DNA of 64,000 bases from an uncultured virus (IMG/VR IMGVR_UViG_3300023184_000091) (Duplodnaviria > Heunggongvirae > Uroviricota > Caudoviricetes), in IMG/VR virus record IMGVR_UViG_3300023184_000091; one strand, 5' to 3'. The position numbers were made by a program, and so were the translations under genes. Shown here one piece after another: positions 48,397 through 58,891 of this stretch. Position 1 is the first letter of the stretch; every line of letters starts with the position of its first letter. The notes under the pieces are model-generated. The model worked only from the letters and a program-made list of their open reading frames with translations. It was not told the origin of the DNA and searched no databases.

Positions 48397-49606
48397 ATCC
48401 TCCTTTATTTTTTCTATTTACGAAATATTCTTTTATTGGATCATATTCTGAATCAATTTCATTTGCGATCGCCCACCAGCATACTAATCCTGTTATGATT
48501 AATGTTATAAAGAAAGTTGTCCACTTAGCCCATGTAGGTGGCTCCACAGTAACATATGAGAATTCTTTGAAATCTTTTCTTGTGAACTCTTTATCTACTT
48601 GCGTCCAAACTGATTCTGCAATATAATCTGGCTTGAATTTTTTGTGGTCCATAATCATATCCCTTACATCAGGAATGATACGTCTTGCAGGTGACCAAGT
48701 AAAAGGTCTAGCCCATTGGAGTTCTTTTGTCTTGCTACTTAACCCAACACAAACCACTAGTTCGTTATCATTACCACCATCCCAATAAGCTTCCTGCATA
48801 TTAGCTGATAAAGAAGGCTTGTCAACAAAAAATAGAAAGTATATCCTTGCATGTTTCTTTACCCCTAGATAGCCGTTTAGAAATTTTGACCACTGCTTCA
48901 TCGTATCAGATTCGCGTCTGGACATCCATTTAACTTTATCTAATCCCAATACAGTTTCTTGCTGGTGATCATTTATTTCAGGATAATCAAACAGACCGTA
49001 GTTTTTAACGTCATCTTCTGTAACCTCTGGATAATCAAATGCGGTGTGTGCAGCTTGAACCCTATTCTCGTACCAGTGATCTGTTGTTGTTGCCTCTGCG
49101 GTCATTGGATCATTATTCCAATTTACCCTATACATGTCTCCGTCTTTACCGCAACCAAACCCACCGTCATTAATATCTCTGTTCAATTCAACGAACTCCG
49201 GGGTGTCTTTCCATTTCTTCACCAGATAATCGTAGAATTCTTTTGTTATTGTATACTCATTACCTAAAGAATTTACCACTGTCCAGTGTTCTGGGTTTTC
49301 GTCACAATATGAACAATCATAAGATATTGTTGTTGTGCAATTTTTACCGCAGCTTACCGTTCTCGTGCATGTTCTATGTACATAAGTTTCCCAATATTCA
49401 TAATACCTTGCCTCAGTAATAAGTGCTCCGTGATATTCTGTATCATTAACCCTAACCTTCTCTACTGTGAATTTGAAAATTCCAATAAAGATAAAGCAGA
49501 CGATTAAAGGAATTACGCCTTCCCACCAGGCCATATACTTCGGGAACCATTTCAGCATTACTAATGCTGCTATGATGGGAATGAGTAAACAAAACCAGAT
49601 CGACAT
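48386..49606 (-). CDS. membrane protein with a large extracytoplasmic domain
   Basis: Two N-terminal and one C-terminal TM helices; Cys cluster; WDGGNDNELVV. Confidence 0.75.
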   Translation of the reverse strand: MSIWFCLLIPIIAALVMLKWFPKYMAWWEGVIPLIVCFIFIGIFKFTVEKVRVNDTEYHGALITEARYYEYWETYVHRTCTRTVSCGKNCTTTISYDCSYCDENPEHWTVVNSLGNEYTITKEFYDYLVKKWKDTPEFVELNRDINDGGFGCGKDGDMYRVNWNNDPMTAEATTTDHWYENRVQAAHTAFDYPEVTEDDVKNYGLFDYPEINDHQQETVLGLDKVKWMSRRESDTMKQWSKFLNGYLGVKKHARIYFLFFVDKPSLSANMQEAYWDGGNDNELVVCVGLSSKTKELQWARPFTWSPARRIIPDVRDMIMDHKKFKPDYIAESVWTQVDKEFTRKDFKEFSYVTVEPPTWAKWTTFFITLIITGLVCWWAIANEIDSEYDPIKEYFVNRKNKGGYGY

Positions 49607-49664
49607 ATTTTTTTAGTTTATATAAAAGACCAGTCCTTTAGAACTGGTCTTTGTTTGTTTGTAA

Positions 49665-50219
49665 TTAAAATACACTCACGTCGTTATCCTTACCTGATTG
49701 GATAACGCCGTCAGTTTTATCTGATGTGATTGGTTTATAATTTAATTTGCTTCTACCAAATATAGATAGGATAAATCCCGAAGGGAATTTTGACATTATA
49801 TTATCGTGTTCTAGAACGATACCCTGGATCATTTTTTCCTCCATGAAGAATCCATCTCGTTGTCCTTCTACTGCACGGCTAAGATCTGCATATAAAGATG
49901 ATACTGCTTCATAGTTAGCATTCGGGTTGCTCTCTTGTACCCATTTCATAAATACCCCTTGTGCATCTTTACGCCCTGCCATAATGACATTGATATTGTT
50001 GGTGAATGAACTATCATTCTTAATTGCGATCTGAGATTTCTGTGAGATTGTTTTCCACATCTTATCATAGAAAGCCGTACGCTCATCCATCTTTTGTTTA
50101 AATCGATTTCTCAAATCCACCTCGTCATTTGAAGTTGATACCACACTGGAGAATACTCCAATGAACACGAATGCAATTAATGCAATAATTGCATACTTAA
50201 TGATTTTTCCTGTTTCCAT
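49665..50219 (-). CDS. LemA-like membrane-anchored helical protein
   Basis: N-terminal TM, helical body, C-terminal FPSGFI. Confidence 0.5.
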   Translation of the reverse strand: METGKIIKYAIIALIAFVFIGVFSSVVSTSNDEVDLRNRFKQKMDERTAFYDKMWKTISQKSQIAIKNDSSFTNNINVIMAGRKDAQGVFMKWVQESNPNANYEAVSSLYADLSRAVEGQRDGFFMEEKMIQGIVLEHDNIMSKFPSGFILSIFGRSKLNYKPITSDKTDGVIQSGKDNDVSVF

Positions 50220-50317
50220 TTTTTTTATATTTTTAAATTATAGTCGTAAAACTATAAAAAAATCCCGGATATAAAAAATAAATTATTGGTTTATCCCGGA
50301 TCCTTTAGTGTAAAATA

Positions 50318-50929
50318 GTGTATAACCACTATAAATTAATTAATATGAAGGAGAATCAGGAGTCACGTTTAATTTCAATCATAGGTGCGCCATCATCAGG
50401 AAAGAGTACATTAGCAACTTCAGTACATCACGGATTAAAGATATCTAAAAGAAATTCGGTGTTTGTTGGCGAAGCAGCAACTGACTATATCGCCGAATGG
50501 GGAATACCAGATACACCAACGGATCAGATCATAATATTTTACAAACAACTGGGAAGGGAGAGAATGTATGTTGGATCTAAGGAGTTTATTATCTGTGATT
50601 CTAGCTCTATTCTAAACTACTTCTATTTTAGATCTTTATTTAGTCCGGTTTTAAGCTTAAAAGATATAGCAACAATAAATCATCTACAGAAGGAAATATT
50701 AAAGTCTCTAAGTCAGTGGCACAAAATATATTATGTCCCACCGTTTCTTGATGATGAGGATCAGAACGATGGTATAAGATACCATAACAAAGAGCAAATA
50801 ATTAAATTGGATTTGATAATAAAGAATTATCTTGAGCTTGAAAGAATCCCTTATACTGACCTCTCATCAATACCGATGGACGAAAGAGATAAATGGGTTT
50901 TGAATGATCTTACTAAATCCCGTAAGTAA
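50318..50929 (+). CDS. NadR/AAA_28-like P-loop kinase
   Basis: GAPSSGKST, ICDSS, DGIRY. Confidence 0.75.
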   Translation: MYNHYKLINMKENQESRLISIIGAPSSGKSTLATSVHHGLKISKRNSVFVGEAATDYIAEWGIPDTPTDQIIIFYKQLGRERMYVGSKEFIICDSSSILNYFYFRSLFSPVLSLKDIATINHLQKEILKSLSQWHKIYYVPPFLDDEDQNDGIRYHNKEQIIKLDLIIKNYLELERIPYTDLSSIPMDERDKWVLNDLTKSRK

Positions 50930-51373
50930 TTAGAAAGTTGGTATAATAGCCCAAGGTTCAGCGGGAAGCCAATATTGCGCATCAGACATAATCTTTGGCA
51001 TTTGCTGTACTGTTATTGTATTTCTCCAGTTAGGTGTCTTATTCTTATTTAATCCTATGTTAAATCCTGTCATACCAACCCATTTTTGAAGGTATTCTTC
51101 TGTAGGCATAACCTTTTTACTTGATAACTTACCGTCTTTATACCCTATGATATGAATCTCATCATATAAATTAGCCATATAAACTGGTATTCCCGGCTTA
51201 TTGCCCACCTTCATTCTGGATAATTCGTTCACATATTTAACGGACATAAGAAAAACGTAGCTTTTATCACCTTGGTCTTTCTGTGGTTTACCCTTAATAA
51301 AAACCCATCCGCCTTGTGTCCAAGGTAGGGTGCCTTCATTTAGCCAGCTTTGGTATTCTAGTAAGTTTTCCAC
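50930..51373 (-). CDS. putative virion internal protein
   Basis: Late promoter; MENLLEYQSWLNE. Confidence 0.65.
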   Translation of the reverse strand: MENLLEYQSWLNEGTLPWTQGGWVFIKGKPQKDQGDKSYVFLMSVKYVNELSRMKVGNKPGIPVYMANLYDEIHIIGYKDGKLSSKKVMPTEEYLQKWVGMTGFNIGLNKNKTPNWRNTITVQQMPKIMSDAQYWLPAEPWAIIPTF

Positions 51374-51422
51374 ACCTTATATATCAATCCCATTAGATAT
51401 ATATAATAAAATTGAGCTTGCT

Positions 51423-51683
51423 ATGAAAAAATTCTTCATGGATCTTCTTTCGAGTCAAAGTGACACATCCAGCAAAAGATTTGCTGCACTTTTTACCCTG
51501 GCTAACCTTATAGCTATAACTTGGGTGGCTACTTTCAAGTCTAAAGACTATGTTACACCTGAGTTTATGTATGATGCTTTGGCATTAATAGCAGGGGGTG
51601 GATTAGGCCTAACCGTTATAGAAAAGATATTTTCATCCAAAAAGACGGATAAAACTGAGGACACAACAAAAACAGATATATAA
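51423..51683 (+). CDS. holin-like two-TM protein
   Basis: MKKFFMDLL..SSKRFAAL, two TM segments, charged tail; ATG after a late promoter. Confidence 0.55.
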   Translation: MKKFFMDLLSSQSDTSSKRFAALFTLANLIAITWVATFKSKDYVTPEFMYDALALIAGGGLGLTVIEKIFSSKKTDKTEDTTKTDI

Positions 51684-51686
51684 AAC

Positions 51687-51926
51687 ATGGAAAATATTAA
51701 ATCTTATGAATCTTTCTCTGATATGGAGATAAAAGAATCAAACGGCATGAACGAAAGCTGCATGTCTCCAGCATCTAAAATGGCTTTAGAAAGCCTTTGT
51801 GAAGCTATGCTTTGCAAAGAAGCTGGTGAATATCACAACGACGAAAACCCTGAACATACCTATGAAGGATATGTTATGGAGTGTGCTAACTACATGAAAG
51901 AGTGCATGGGACAACAGTATAATTAA
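51687..51926 (+). CDS. putative virion internal protein
   Basis: MENIKSYESF. Confidence 0.65.
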   Translation: MENIKSYESFSDMEIKESNGMNESCMSPASKMALESLCEAMLCKEAGEYHNDENPEHTYEGYVMECANYMKECMGQQYN

Positions 51927-51941
51927 AAATAACAACATAAA

Positions 51942-52412
51942 ATGGAAAACATATTAGAATTTGAAACATTTAATCCTCAAGCTGCAGGATCTGCACCAGC
52001 AGGAGAAGAAGTAGCACCACCGGTTTTTGGTAACATAGATTTTACCATGTCAGGAGTATCTGATGATGCTATGAAGCTTATCGCAGGACTTATGGCTCAA
52101 TCGGTGTTAGCATCAGGTGAAGCTGAAAAGATCGCTAGAATGGCAGATACAGATCCAACTTCGGCGGCATCTTATCTACAAAAGAAAGTAGAGGGAATAT
52201 TAGCTGAAGTTCCAGGATTAACCCCTGCATTTATTCAGTCGATGAAATCACAGTCTTCAAATGTTTCTAAGATGATGGTCCAGACCATACCTGGATTACT
52301 TGGTAACCTAACTGATAAAGACATCGAAGCAAACTCATTAAAGCCAGATACATCTAAAGCATCTTTCTTAAGTAAGCTTAGTGGATTTTTTGCTGACAAT
52401 CAAGGAGCATAA
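51942..52412 (+). CDS. putative virion internal protein
   Basis: MENILEFETF. Confidence 0.65.
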   Translation: MENILEFETFNPQAAGSAPAGEEVAPPVFGNIDFTMSGVSDDAMKLIAGLMAQSVLASGEAEKIARMADTDPTSAASYLQKKVEGILAEVPGLTPAFIQSMKSQSSNVSKMMVQTIPGLLGNLTDKDIEANSLKPDTSKASFLSKLSGFFADNQGA

Positions 52413-52417
52413 TCACT

Positions 52418-52984
52418 ATGAAAAGTATAACATCATTCGAGAGCTTCACATCAGATGTAAACGAGGATTCTAGTGGTGCTATCATGTACACTACTGATGA
52501 TGTTAGAAACGCATTCGCAGAAGTCGAAGGTGATATAAAGGATTATTATGCTGTAGATGAGGATAGCGCAAAGATTACGCTTTCATGGAATCTTAGATAC
52601 GGTGATCTTGATGTAGAGGGAGCTTTAGATCACTTAGAGTTTGAATTTGATATAAATGGATTCGGAAGGAATCTTTTAAGAAATATTTCACACGATGAAG
52701 ATACAAAAGGACCGACCTTCACTAAAGATGAAGTTATGACCGCAATAGACAGTGCACATTATAACAAGGACATCTTCCTCGGTAGTTTCGACTACAATAT
52801 CAATAGCGCAAATGTATCTATTGAAGTTGATGAGAATAGGGATTCTACTGAATTGACAGTAACAGGTAAATTAGAAGATGATTCTATTGATATTAATGAT
52901 GGAGAAGTAGATGCCAGTGATATAATAGAAGCAATAATAGAGGAACTTCTTAAGGGAGTTGCTAGGAGAATAGATTACACATAA
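52418..52984 (+). CDS. highly acidic putative virion internal protein with an internal duplication
   Basis: MKSITSFESF; YTTDDVRNAF / FTKDEVMTAI repeats. Confidence 0.65.
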   Translation: MKSITSFESFTSDVNEDSSGAIMYTTDDVRNAFAEVEGDIKDYYAVDEDSAKITLSWNLRYGDLDVEGALDHLEFEFDINGFGRNLLRNISHDEDTKGPTFTKDEVMTAIDSAHYNKDIFLGSFDYNINSANVSIEVDENRDSTELTVTGKLEDDSIDINDGEVDASDIIEAIIEELLKGVARRIDYT

Positions 52985-52993
52985 TGCACCAAG

Positions 52994-53803
52994 ATGAAAA
53001 GAATTAAATTATTTGAGTCCTTTATAAAAGAAACTGCAATAGATCTACCAGATCCAAGCACAGCTGGTGAAGTTTTTGCTGGTGTGTTAGCAGGTAATAA
53101 AAACTCTAAGGAAGAACCAAAAGGTTCTAATACAGGATCGATGGTTAATCAATACCTATCATCAGTTGGTCTTAAACCAGGATTACCCTGGTGTGCAGCT
53201 TTTGTTTATTATATTTTTGATCAGGTTACTAGGAGACTCCATGTTAAGAACCAGCTTCCTAAGACAGGAGGGGTAATGAATATGTGGAATAGTTCAGATC
53301 CAGCATTAAGAATAAGCATAGCAGGGGCTAAAGCAAATCCCTCGCTAATAAAACCAGGACAAATATTTATTATGTCTAGACCTGGTAAGGGATTAGGCCA
53401 CACCGGAATAGTTATAGGTGTTGATGTTAATAAAAGGGAATTCATAACAATAGAGGGTAATACTAACGACCAACAATCAGGTGAGGGTGATAGAGTCGGA
53501 ATTAATAGAAGAAAACTTGATAAATTACCTCTCCTTGGATTTATAGATTATTTCAAAAATAACAGAACCCCTGAATTCGAGAAAGATATTATGTCAGCAA
53601 TAGACAGTAGTAAAATTCCTTTATCACCTTTAGATGGTGTACCTACTGATGCTGTTGTTAGTGGATATGAAGAGGGACCAAATGAAATTAAAACAAAACC
53701 AGCTGGATTCATCGCTAATCTTTTAGCTGGATTATCACAGACTGTTAGCGGAAAATTAGCGTCTGCTGAAGAAATAGAAGCTCAGCTATCTAAGCTTAAG
53801 TAA
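52994..53803 (+). CDS. CHAP-domain peptidoglycan hydrolase
   Basis: PWCAAFV, GHTGIV, TIEGNT; MKRIKLFESF. Confidence 0.85.
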   Translation: MKRIKLFESFIKETAIDLPDPSTAGEVFAGVLAGNKNSKEEPKGSNTGSMVNQYLSSVGLKPGLPWCAAFVYYIFDQVTRRLHVKNQLPKTGGVMNMWNSSDPALRISIAGAKANPSLIKPGQIFIMSRPGKGLGHTGIVIGVDVNKREFITIEGNTNDQQSGEGDRVGINRRKLDKLPLLGFIDYFKNNRTPEFEKDIMSAIDSSKIPLSPLDGVPTDAVVSGYEEGPNEIKTKPAGFIANLLAGLSQTVSGKLASAEEIEAQLSKLK

Positions 53804-53982
53804 TCTTAATAACTTCTTTATTTTTTATTCCTCCTAGAGTCCTTCTTCGCCCATAAGGCTCGTTTTCTTTGTCTAATAACCAGACATAAGTTTTATTGTA
53901 GGTCTTTTCGTCTACTAGATATTTTATACCTTCTATCTGATAGATCTGGTCAACCTCTAGTACCATCGGTTTTTCTTTTTTA

Positions 53983-54240
53983 TTATACATCTTGGTTTTG
54001 TTTAATTTCTGGGTACATCTCGTCAATCTCTATTTCTTCCATACCAAATCTTTCTTTTAACATATTTGTTATTGATAAAGGTCCTCCTGTATATTCTACT
54101 GAAGGCCATTGACCCCCTTCGCTTTCTAATATCTTGTGAGATATTGAATATTCATCAAGATACTCAAAAAAAGATTTATCAAATTCTTCGTTCTCCCCGA
54201 GAATAGTATCAACCTTTACAGTAACAAATTTAAAAATCAT
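53983..54240 (-). CDS. hypothetical protein
   Basis: GGQWPSVEYTG. Confidence 0.6.
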   Translation of the reverse strand: MIFKFVTVKVDTILGENEEFDKSFFEYLDEYSISHKILESEGGQWPSVEYTGGPLSITNMLKERFGMEEIEIDEMYPEIKQNQDV

Positions 54241-54243
54241 ATC

Positions 54244-54552
54244 CTATTTTCTTTTTTTAGCAATTTTATATACCTGTTTAATACCGACCTGTATGTGAGA
54301 TCTTGTCTTATAGGTACTATCCAAGTTAGTTCTATTTAACCAAACTGGTGATCCTTCTTCCATAACGTTTCTTGGTGGTATTCTTTCAGAGCTGATTACT
54401 GTATGAGTATCCACTGTGATATCAAAAGTGTCTTTTCCTGAAATGAGCATATCGCCATCGACAGCTTTTTCTATTGCCTTTTTATCTCCTGTTCTGCACG
54501 AAGATATTAATAGAGATGTGGCTAATAGTATAAAAAATATTTTATTTTTCAT
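54244..54552 (-). CDS. putative lipoprotein
   Basis: LLISSC lipobox. Confidence 0.65.
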   Translation of the reverse strand: MKNKIFFILLATSLLISSCRTGDKKAIEKAVDGDMLISGKDTFDITVDTHTVISSERIPPRNVMEEGSPVWLNRTNLDSTYKTRSHIQVGIKQVYKIAKKRK

Positions 54553-54592
54553 TTATTTATATCTTAGTGTAAACTATATGATTCGTTTCGAC

Positions 54593-55078
54593 TTAATGGA
54601 AAGAAAGTATTCCCCCTTTGGAAGCTATTTCAAATCCGTTCATGAAGTTATCATAAATCATTTCATAGTAACCATCATATGGATTTTTTGATTTAATTTT
54701 TTCGTGGAATGTTTCCCTGTTCTCTACAAAATCCTTGTGTAACTTGGCAGACATCTGAGGTCCAAAGTTACCTTCGCAGTCTGAAAAGTTTATCATCTCG
54801 TAGAATGCTTTACCCTCGTACTTCTCTTCTTCTACCCAAACTGTTTTGGAATCGACTCCAAGTGCTATTTGACTAAGAAGATTTCTAAAAACACCGTAGC
54901 CAGAATATGATCCAGCTCTAAATCTACATGTTTCCGCTTCGGTGTCTTCCACATACGTACCCTTCTCAATATCTTTAGCCTGATCTGTGTGGGGTTCGCC
55001 ACGGTAGATGAAAATTGTTGCTTCGTCAAGATTATCTGTCTTGTTGATTTTGCTGCATGCTGAAATGTCTAATCCCAT
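54593..55078 (-). CDS. conserved-looking phage protein
   Basis: MGLDI, FRAGSYSGY, INFSDCEG. Confidence 0.75.
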   Translation of the reverse strand: MGLDISACSKINKTDNLDEATIFIYRGEPHTDQAKDIEKGTYVEDTEAETCRFRAGSYSGYGVFRNLLSQIALGVDSKTVWVEEEKYEGKAFYEMINFSDCEGNFGPQMSAKLHKDFVENRETFHEKIKSKNPYDGYYEMIYDNFMNGFEIASKGGILSFH

Positions 55079-55088
55079 ATTTTTGTTT

Positions 55089-55328
55089 TTAAAAAGGTTG
55101 ATCTAATGCTAATGCCATCATGTGTGTTTCCCTTGCACCCCATTCTGTTAGAATGTTTGCAAATTGGTTTCTTGATAAACCATTTAGGAAGTAAGATTTT
55201 TCTTCTATCAGATGCTTAGGTGAATCCTCTGGTTCATTAAGATCTGTGATGTCATAGAAGTATCCAAGTGCATGATCGAAACCATACACTAGTTGCTTGT
55301 TTTCTTTTTTGATACTATATCTGCTCAT
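55089..55328 (-). CDS. hypothetical protein
   Basis: YGFDHALGYF. Confidence 0.65.
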   Translation of the reverse strand: MSRYSIKKENKQLVYGFDHALGYFYDITDLNEPEDSPKHLIEEKSYFLNGLSRNQFANILTEWGARETHMMALALDQPF

Positions 55329-55340
55329 GAGCGTTTTGTT

Positions 55341-55688
55341 TTAATAGTTTATTACGTGAACTGATAGGCCTTTTTCAGTTGCGAGATCTATCATATGTTT
55401 TGTACCTCTTGATACCCCGTCCCAGAATGCGATTAAGCAATCTGCATAATCCGCCATTTCTTTGTTTCTAATGTATCCTGCTGCTTTACCTTGTTTATCC
55501 CAGTCAGGAGTGAATTGACGCACGCTATAGCCTTTTAAACTGGCGTAGTGCTCACCTAACTTATCCGCTCCCCTAGCAGTACCACTTACAATCTCAGCTT
55601 CCCTGACATTTGCAAGTACTTCCTCGCACTTTGCATAAAGAAGTTGAAAATCTGAGAAGCCTCTGCTGCCTGCTATTATCACTTTCAT
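55341..55688 (-). CDS. SLOG-superfamily (YspA/DUF2493-like) protein
   Basis: MKVIIAGSRGF, IVSGTARGAD, AGYIRNKEM, FWDGVSRGTKHMI. Confidence 0.85.
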   Translation of the reverse strand: MKVIIAGSRGFSDFQLLYAKCEEVLANVREAEIVSGTARGADKLGEHYASLKGYSVRQFTPDWDKQGKAAGYIRNKEMADYADCLIAFWDGVSRGTKHMIDLATEKGLSVHVINY

Positions 55689-55771
55689 TTTGTTAATTTC
55701 TACAATATTAATCAATACCCTCGGGGGAAAAAAATAAAAAGGGAAAACTTTTTATGTTCTCCCTTTTTATT

Positions 55772-56662
55772 TTATTTCTTAAAGATCTTATTTATAAGAT
55801 GTGTTATTATATTGTGCCTTTTAATAGTGGTGTTAAGAGTATAGTATTTTAAATGAGCATTATCTGTTGCTACCAAAGCCATTCTCTTTTTGTAGTTAAG
55901 AACAGTATAAGGCATAAGATTATCAGGGCTTATCTCTTCAGTCTCGATTATCTCTGGCTCCATCTCATATTGGTATATTCCCTCCTGGCCTTCAAAGGTA
56001 TTAGATCCTATAACTATAGACTCATCATTCCAATGTAGCATTGGGTTGATTATCACAGAGAATTTGTTTCCGAGAGCACCAATCTTATGAATAAGACCTG
56101 TACTACGATCTAGATCTGGTTGATTAGGATCGTTATAAACGAATTGGGGTAGGTCCATTATTCTAGATCCCATAGCAGGTCCTACTATAATAAAATCAGC
56201 ATCAGATCTTCTTGATGTACTGTGGATTAAATTGGAGATGGAAACTATTTTTCTGAACATGTCGGAGTCTTCTTTTACCCTGAACTTAGGTTCATAACCA
56301 AACCACTCGTTAGCTTTAAAAACTATTTTGGACCAGCCAATCTTTTCGTTAACTGATCCAGCATACTTAATCATGTTATAGATAAGCTTATCCTGACCTC
56401 TTTTATCCTCTTCTTCCATAGAGGACATTAACATAGCCTTAGGATCTACCGAATGTAGCTTTTCTAGATCTGCTATTTGTTCTTTAGAAACTTTTGATTT
56501 AATCATATAAGTTTCTAAATGAAACATCTTTCTTAGAGTCTTCATGGAAACAGTATCATTTCCGTCCTGATCCTTTCCCGTGTACTCCATTGCTAAATAG
56601 AATATCTCTCCTGTTCCTTTATCTGTCTTATTCCAACAGATTCTATTTTTAATTTCTTGCAT
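55772..56662 (-). CDS. divergent T4 gp23/gp24-like capsid-protein paralog
   Basis: EQIADLEKLHSVD, SNLIHSTSRRSDADFIIV, IGALGNKFSVIINP recall gp23 ELAQDL..HG.D, AN.I...TRRG.GNF, G.L.GRY.VYIDP. Confidence 0.55.
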   Translation of the reverse strand: MQEIKNRICWNKTDKGTGEIFYLAMEYTGKDQDGNDTVSMKTLRKMFHLETYMIKSKVSKEQIADLEKLHSVDPKAMLMSSMEEEDKRGQDKLIYNMIKYAGSVNEKIGWSKIVFKANEWFGYEPKFRVKEDSDMFRKIVSISNLIHSTSRRSDADFIIVGPAMGSRIMDLPQFVYNDPNQPDLDRSTGLIHKIGALGNKFSVIINPMLHWNDESIVIGSNTFEGQEGIYQYEMEPEIIETEEISPDNLMPYTVLNYKKRMALVATDNAHLKYYTLNTTIKRHNIITHLINKIFKK

Positions 56663-56667
56663 CTTTG

Positions 56668-57000
56668 TTATTTGTCTTTTATATTAGATTTATCTTGTAT
56701 TTGTTTCAGCAATTCCTCATCGTCGAGTTCTTTTGATATCCTCAGCATCTCGGGTAATCCTAGTTCCTGCATGCTCATTACCAACTCTCCTATTCTAACG
56801 TCCATGTCTAGTTCTATACAGCACTCGATACAGAAGTCTTCGTCTATCTTAAATCCTGAATCGACAAGATCAACTGCTCGATCAAAAGCAGATAACGTTA
56901 TGACAGGGCCACCCTCAAGAAATTTACCTTCCCTAAGTTTATTGCAATAGTAAATAAATACTACTGCACCGTCCATCATTTCCTTGTCTTTCCAATCCAC
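56668..57000 (-). CDS. hypothetical protein
   Basis: 110 aa ORF. Confidence 0.6.
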   Translation of the reverse strand: MDWKDKEMMDGAVVFIYYCNKLREGKFLEGGPVITLSAFDRAVDLVDSGFKIDEDFCIECCIELDMDVRIGELVMSMQELGLPEMLRISKELDDEELLKQIQDKSNIKDK

Positions 57001-57007
57001 TTAATCC

Positions 57008-57271
57008 CTACTTTATCTTTTGTCCGAATTTTTCAAATATCCCATCCAATCTAGAATCTTTATTAGATTCTGTTATTGTTTCGCATATCTCTTTATCTAA
57101 CCTAGTCTTCTTTGAAAACTCCCACCATCCGCATTTAATACGATCCAGAGTTAATAACTCGATCCTGTGTGTTCTTGCCTGATAGATCTCAACCATTTCC
57201 ATTATTGGATTGGTAAGCTTTCTGATCTCCTCGTATGTTAGACTATTTTTGTCTATTGAATCCTGTATCAT
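57008..57271 (-). CDS. hypothetical protein
   Basis: 87 aa ORF. Confidence 0.6.
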   Translation of the reverse strand: MIQDSIDKNSLTYEEIRKLTNPIMEMVEIYQARTHRIELLTLDRIKCGWWEFSKKTRLDKEICETITESNKDSRLDGIFEKFGQKIK

Positions 57272-57316
57272 TTTCTTTATTTTTGTAAAGTATATTCTAT
57301 AGCCTAATATAAGAAA

Positions 57317-57772
57317 TTATTTCATAGTAATCCATGAAATTTCCCTCTGTAGTAGTTTATCGTTAACTGGAATAAGATCCACACTAATGACATCATTAAT
57401 TATAATCTCTGATGTTTCACTCTCTACCTTTCCTCTTATAGTGGGTCTGAAACTGGCGAGACCGTCGGAGAATATTTTTAATGCTTCCTTTCCGTTCCTA
57501 GTCATTCTGAATTTAACAACAGCCATAATAAAATGGTCTTCAATAAACAGACGATCTATTATGTGAGAAGCCTCTTCGAGCTTGGTCACATATTCCCCAT
57601 TATCAAGAAGTGCATCAACTAACTCTCCTGTAAAAAATTTTCTCTCTTTCAGAATTTCGAATATCTTAGCAGAGGATCTTTCGGTGTAGATGTTTCCCAC
57701 ACTATTGGGAACGCCTATCTCTATAAGCGGAACCTCTCTGATAACTGATTTAGCTTCCACTATTTTAAGCAT
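57317..57772 (-). CDS. degenerate T4 gp21-like prohead protease paralog
   Basis: PNSVGNIY, GEL, ASHII, TRNG; PTIRG where gp21 has SSRG. Confidence 0.5.
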   Translation of the reverse strand: MLKIVEAKSVIREVPLIEIGVPNSVGNIYTERSSAKIFEILKERKFFTGELVDALLDNGEYVTKLEEASHIIDRLFIEDHFIMAVVKFRMTRNGKEALKIFSDGLASFRPTIRGKVESETSEIIINDVISVDLIPVNDKLLQREISWITMK

Positions 57773-58053
57773 TATCCAAATGGATTTAGTATCTGTCTGT
57801 TAATAAGTATTGAATCCTCTTCGCCTCTTGATTTTATATTCAGCGAAATTGACTCTCCATAGCAGTTAGCCACAGCTACGTTAATATCATCTTCGTCCAT
57901 TCGTGAACCAAATGTTACAAAACCTGCACCTTCGCACTTTTGGTTATATCCAACCATTTCACTGTGTTGGATCGCTGCTGAGAAAACGATTGCGCTTCCC
58001 CCAACTATTACATACTTTGCTTTATACATTCTCTTCCTCTTTTTGTTGTTCAT
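57772..58053 (-). CDS. hypothetical phage protein
   Basis: AKYV..IVFS..HS...GAGF...CYGESISL. Confidence 0.7.
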   Translation of the reverse strand: MNNKKRKRMYKAKYVIVGGSAIVFSAAIQHSEMVGYNQKCEGAGFVTFGSRMDEDDINVAVANCYGESISLNIKSRGEEDSILINRQILNPFG

Positions 58054-58885
58054 AATTAGGAAAAAAAGATCTTAGATACTCTCTGTCCTGTGTAAAGATT
58101 GGTGTTTCTGGATCAGCCTCCCATTTAGATCTAGTAAAGATATGCTTATCGTCGATTACTTGTGTATTCGGTGTTTTTGCAACCGCTTTAATAGAATCAG
58201 ATTTGATAAATTTTCTTTCAACTTTACGAATTAAAGATCCTCTCTTTTCTCTTGGGCTGTAATTGTTCCAGTTGATCCCCTTTTGAAAGAGCATCTCCTG
58301 CATACCATCGGTCTTAACCCCATTTAATTCCTTAGGACTATAAAGACTTTGTGCAGCTGAACTGATAGAGTTTCTCGTAGCGTCTTGCTGCCTCCAGATG
58401 AAATAGTTTTCTACCTCAGCTGCAAAAGGAATTTGAAATACCCTAGCGTCAAATTGAGCCATATTAAATTGAGAGATGATTGCACGACCTTGCATTGGGG
58501 TTTGTTCATAATTACCAAACCCTCTCATTAATCTTAAACGATTAAATTCTGCAGTTGCCATTGATGCAGCAACTGAAGCCATCTTCTGTAGATTGTTGTC
58601 AAACCAAGCGTGTGTTCCCAGATCATCGAAATCTGTAATTAGAATTGAGATTTCATCAGACTGAACGTATGCAAATTTAGCACCCTGGATATTCTTACAG
58701 AGATAAGCTGCTGTTGCATCCATGTCTTCCATGAGCCACATATCAAAAGGTCTTTCCAAACCTTTTGTGTAAGTGTGGAAAGCCTTTCCATCAATTCTGA
58801 TTATAGTGTAACTTCTTCTTGGAAGTTTAGTTCTCGTTCTGTCTTCATAGAACGATTTCATGCGGTCTCCGAGTTCATCTTTCAT
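58022..58885 (-). CDS. thg1: tRNA(His) guanylyltransferase Thg1-like protein
   Basis: IIRIDGKAFHTYT, YVQSDEIS, FDAR, WRQQDATRNS. Confidence 0.92.
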   Translation of the reverse strand: MKDELGDRMKSFYEDRTRTKLPRRSYTIIRIDGKAFHTYTKGLERPFDMWLMEDMDATAAYLCKNIQGAKFAYVQSDEISILITDFDDLGTHAWFDNNLQKMASVAASMATAEFNRLRLMRGFGNYEQTPMQGRAIISQFNMAQFDARVFQIPFAAEVENYFIWRQQDATRNSISSAAQSLYSPKELNGVKTDGMQEMLFQKGINWNNYSPREKRGSLIRKVERKFIKSDSIKAVAKTPNTQVIDDKHIFTRSKWEADPETPIFTQDREYLRSFFPNYEQQKEEENV

Positions 58886-58891
58886 TTTATC

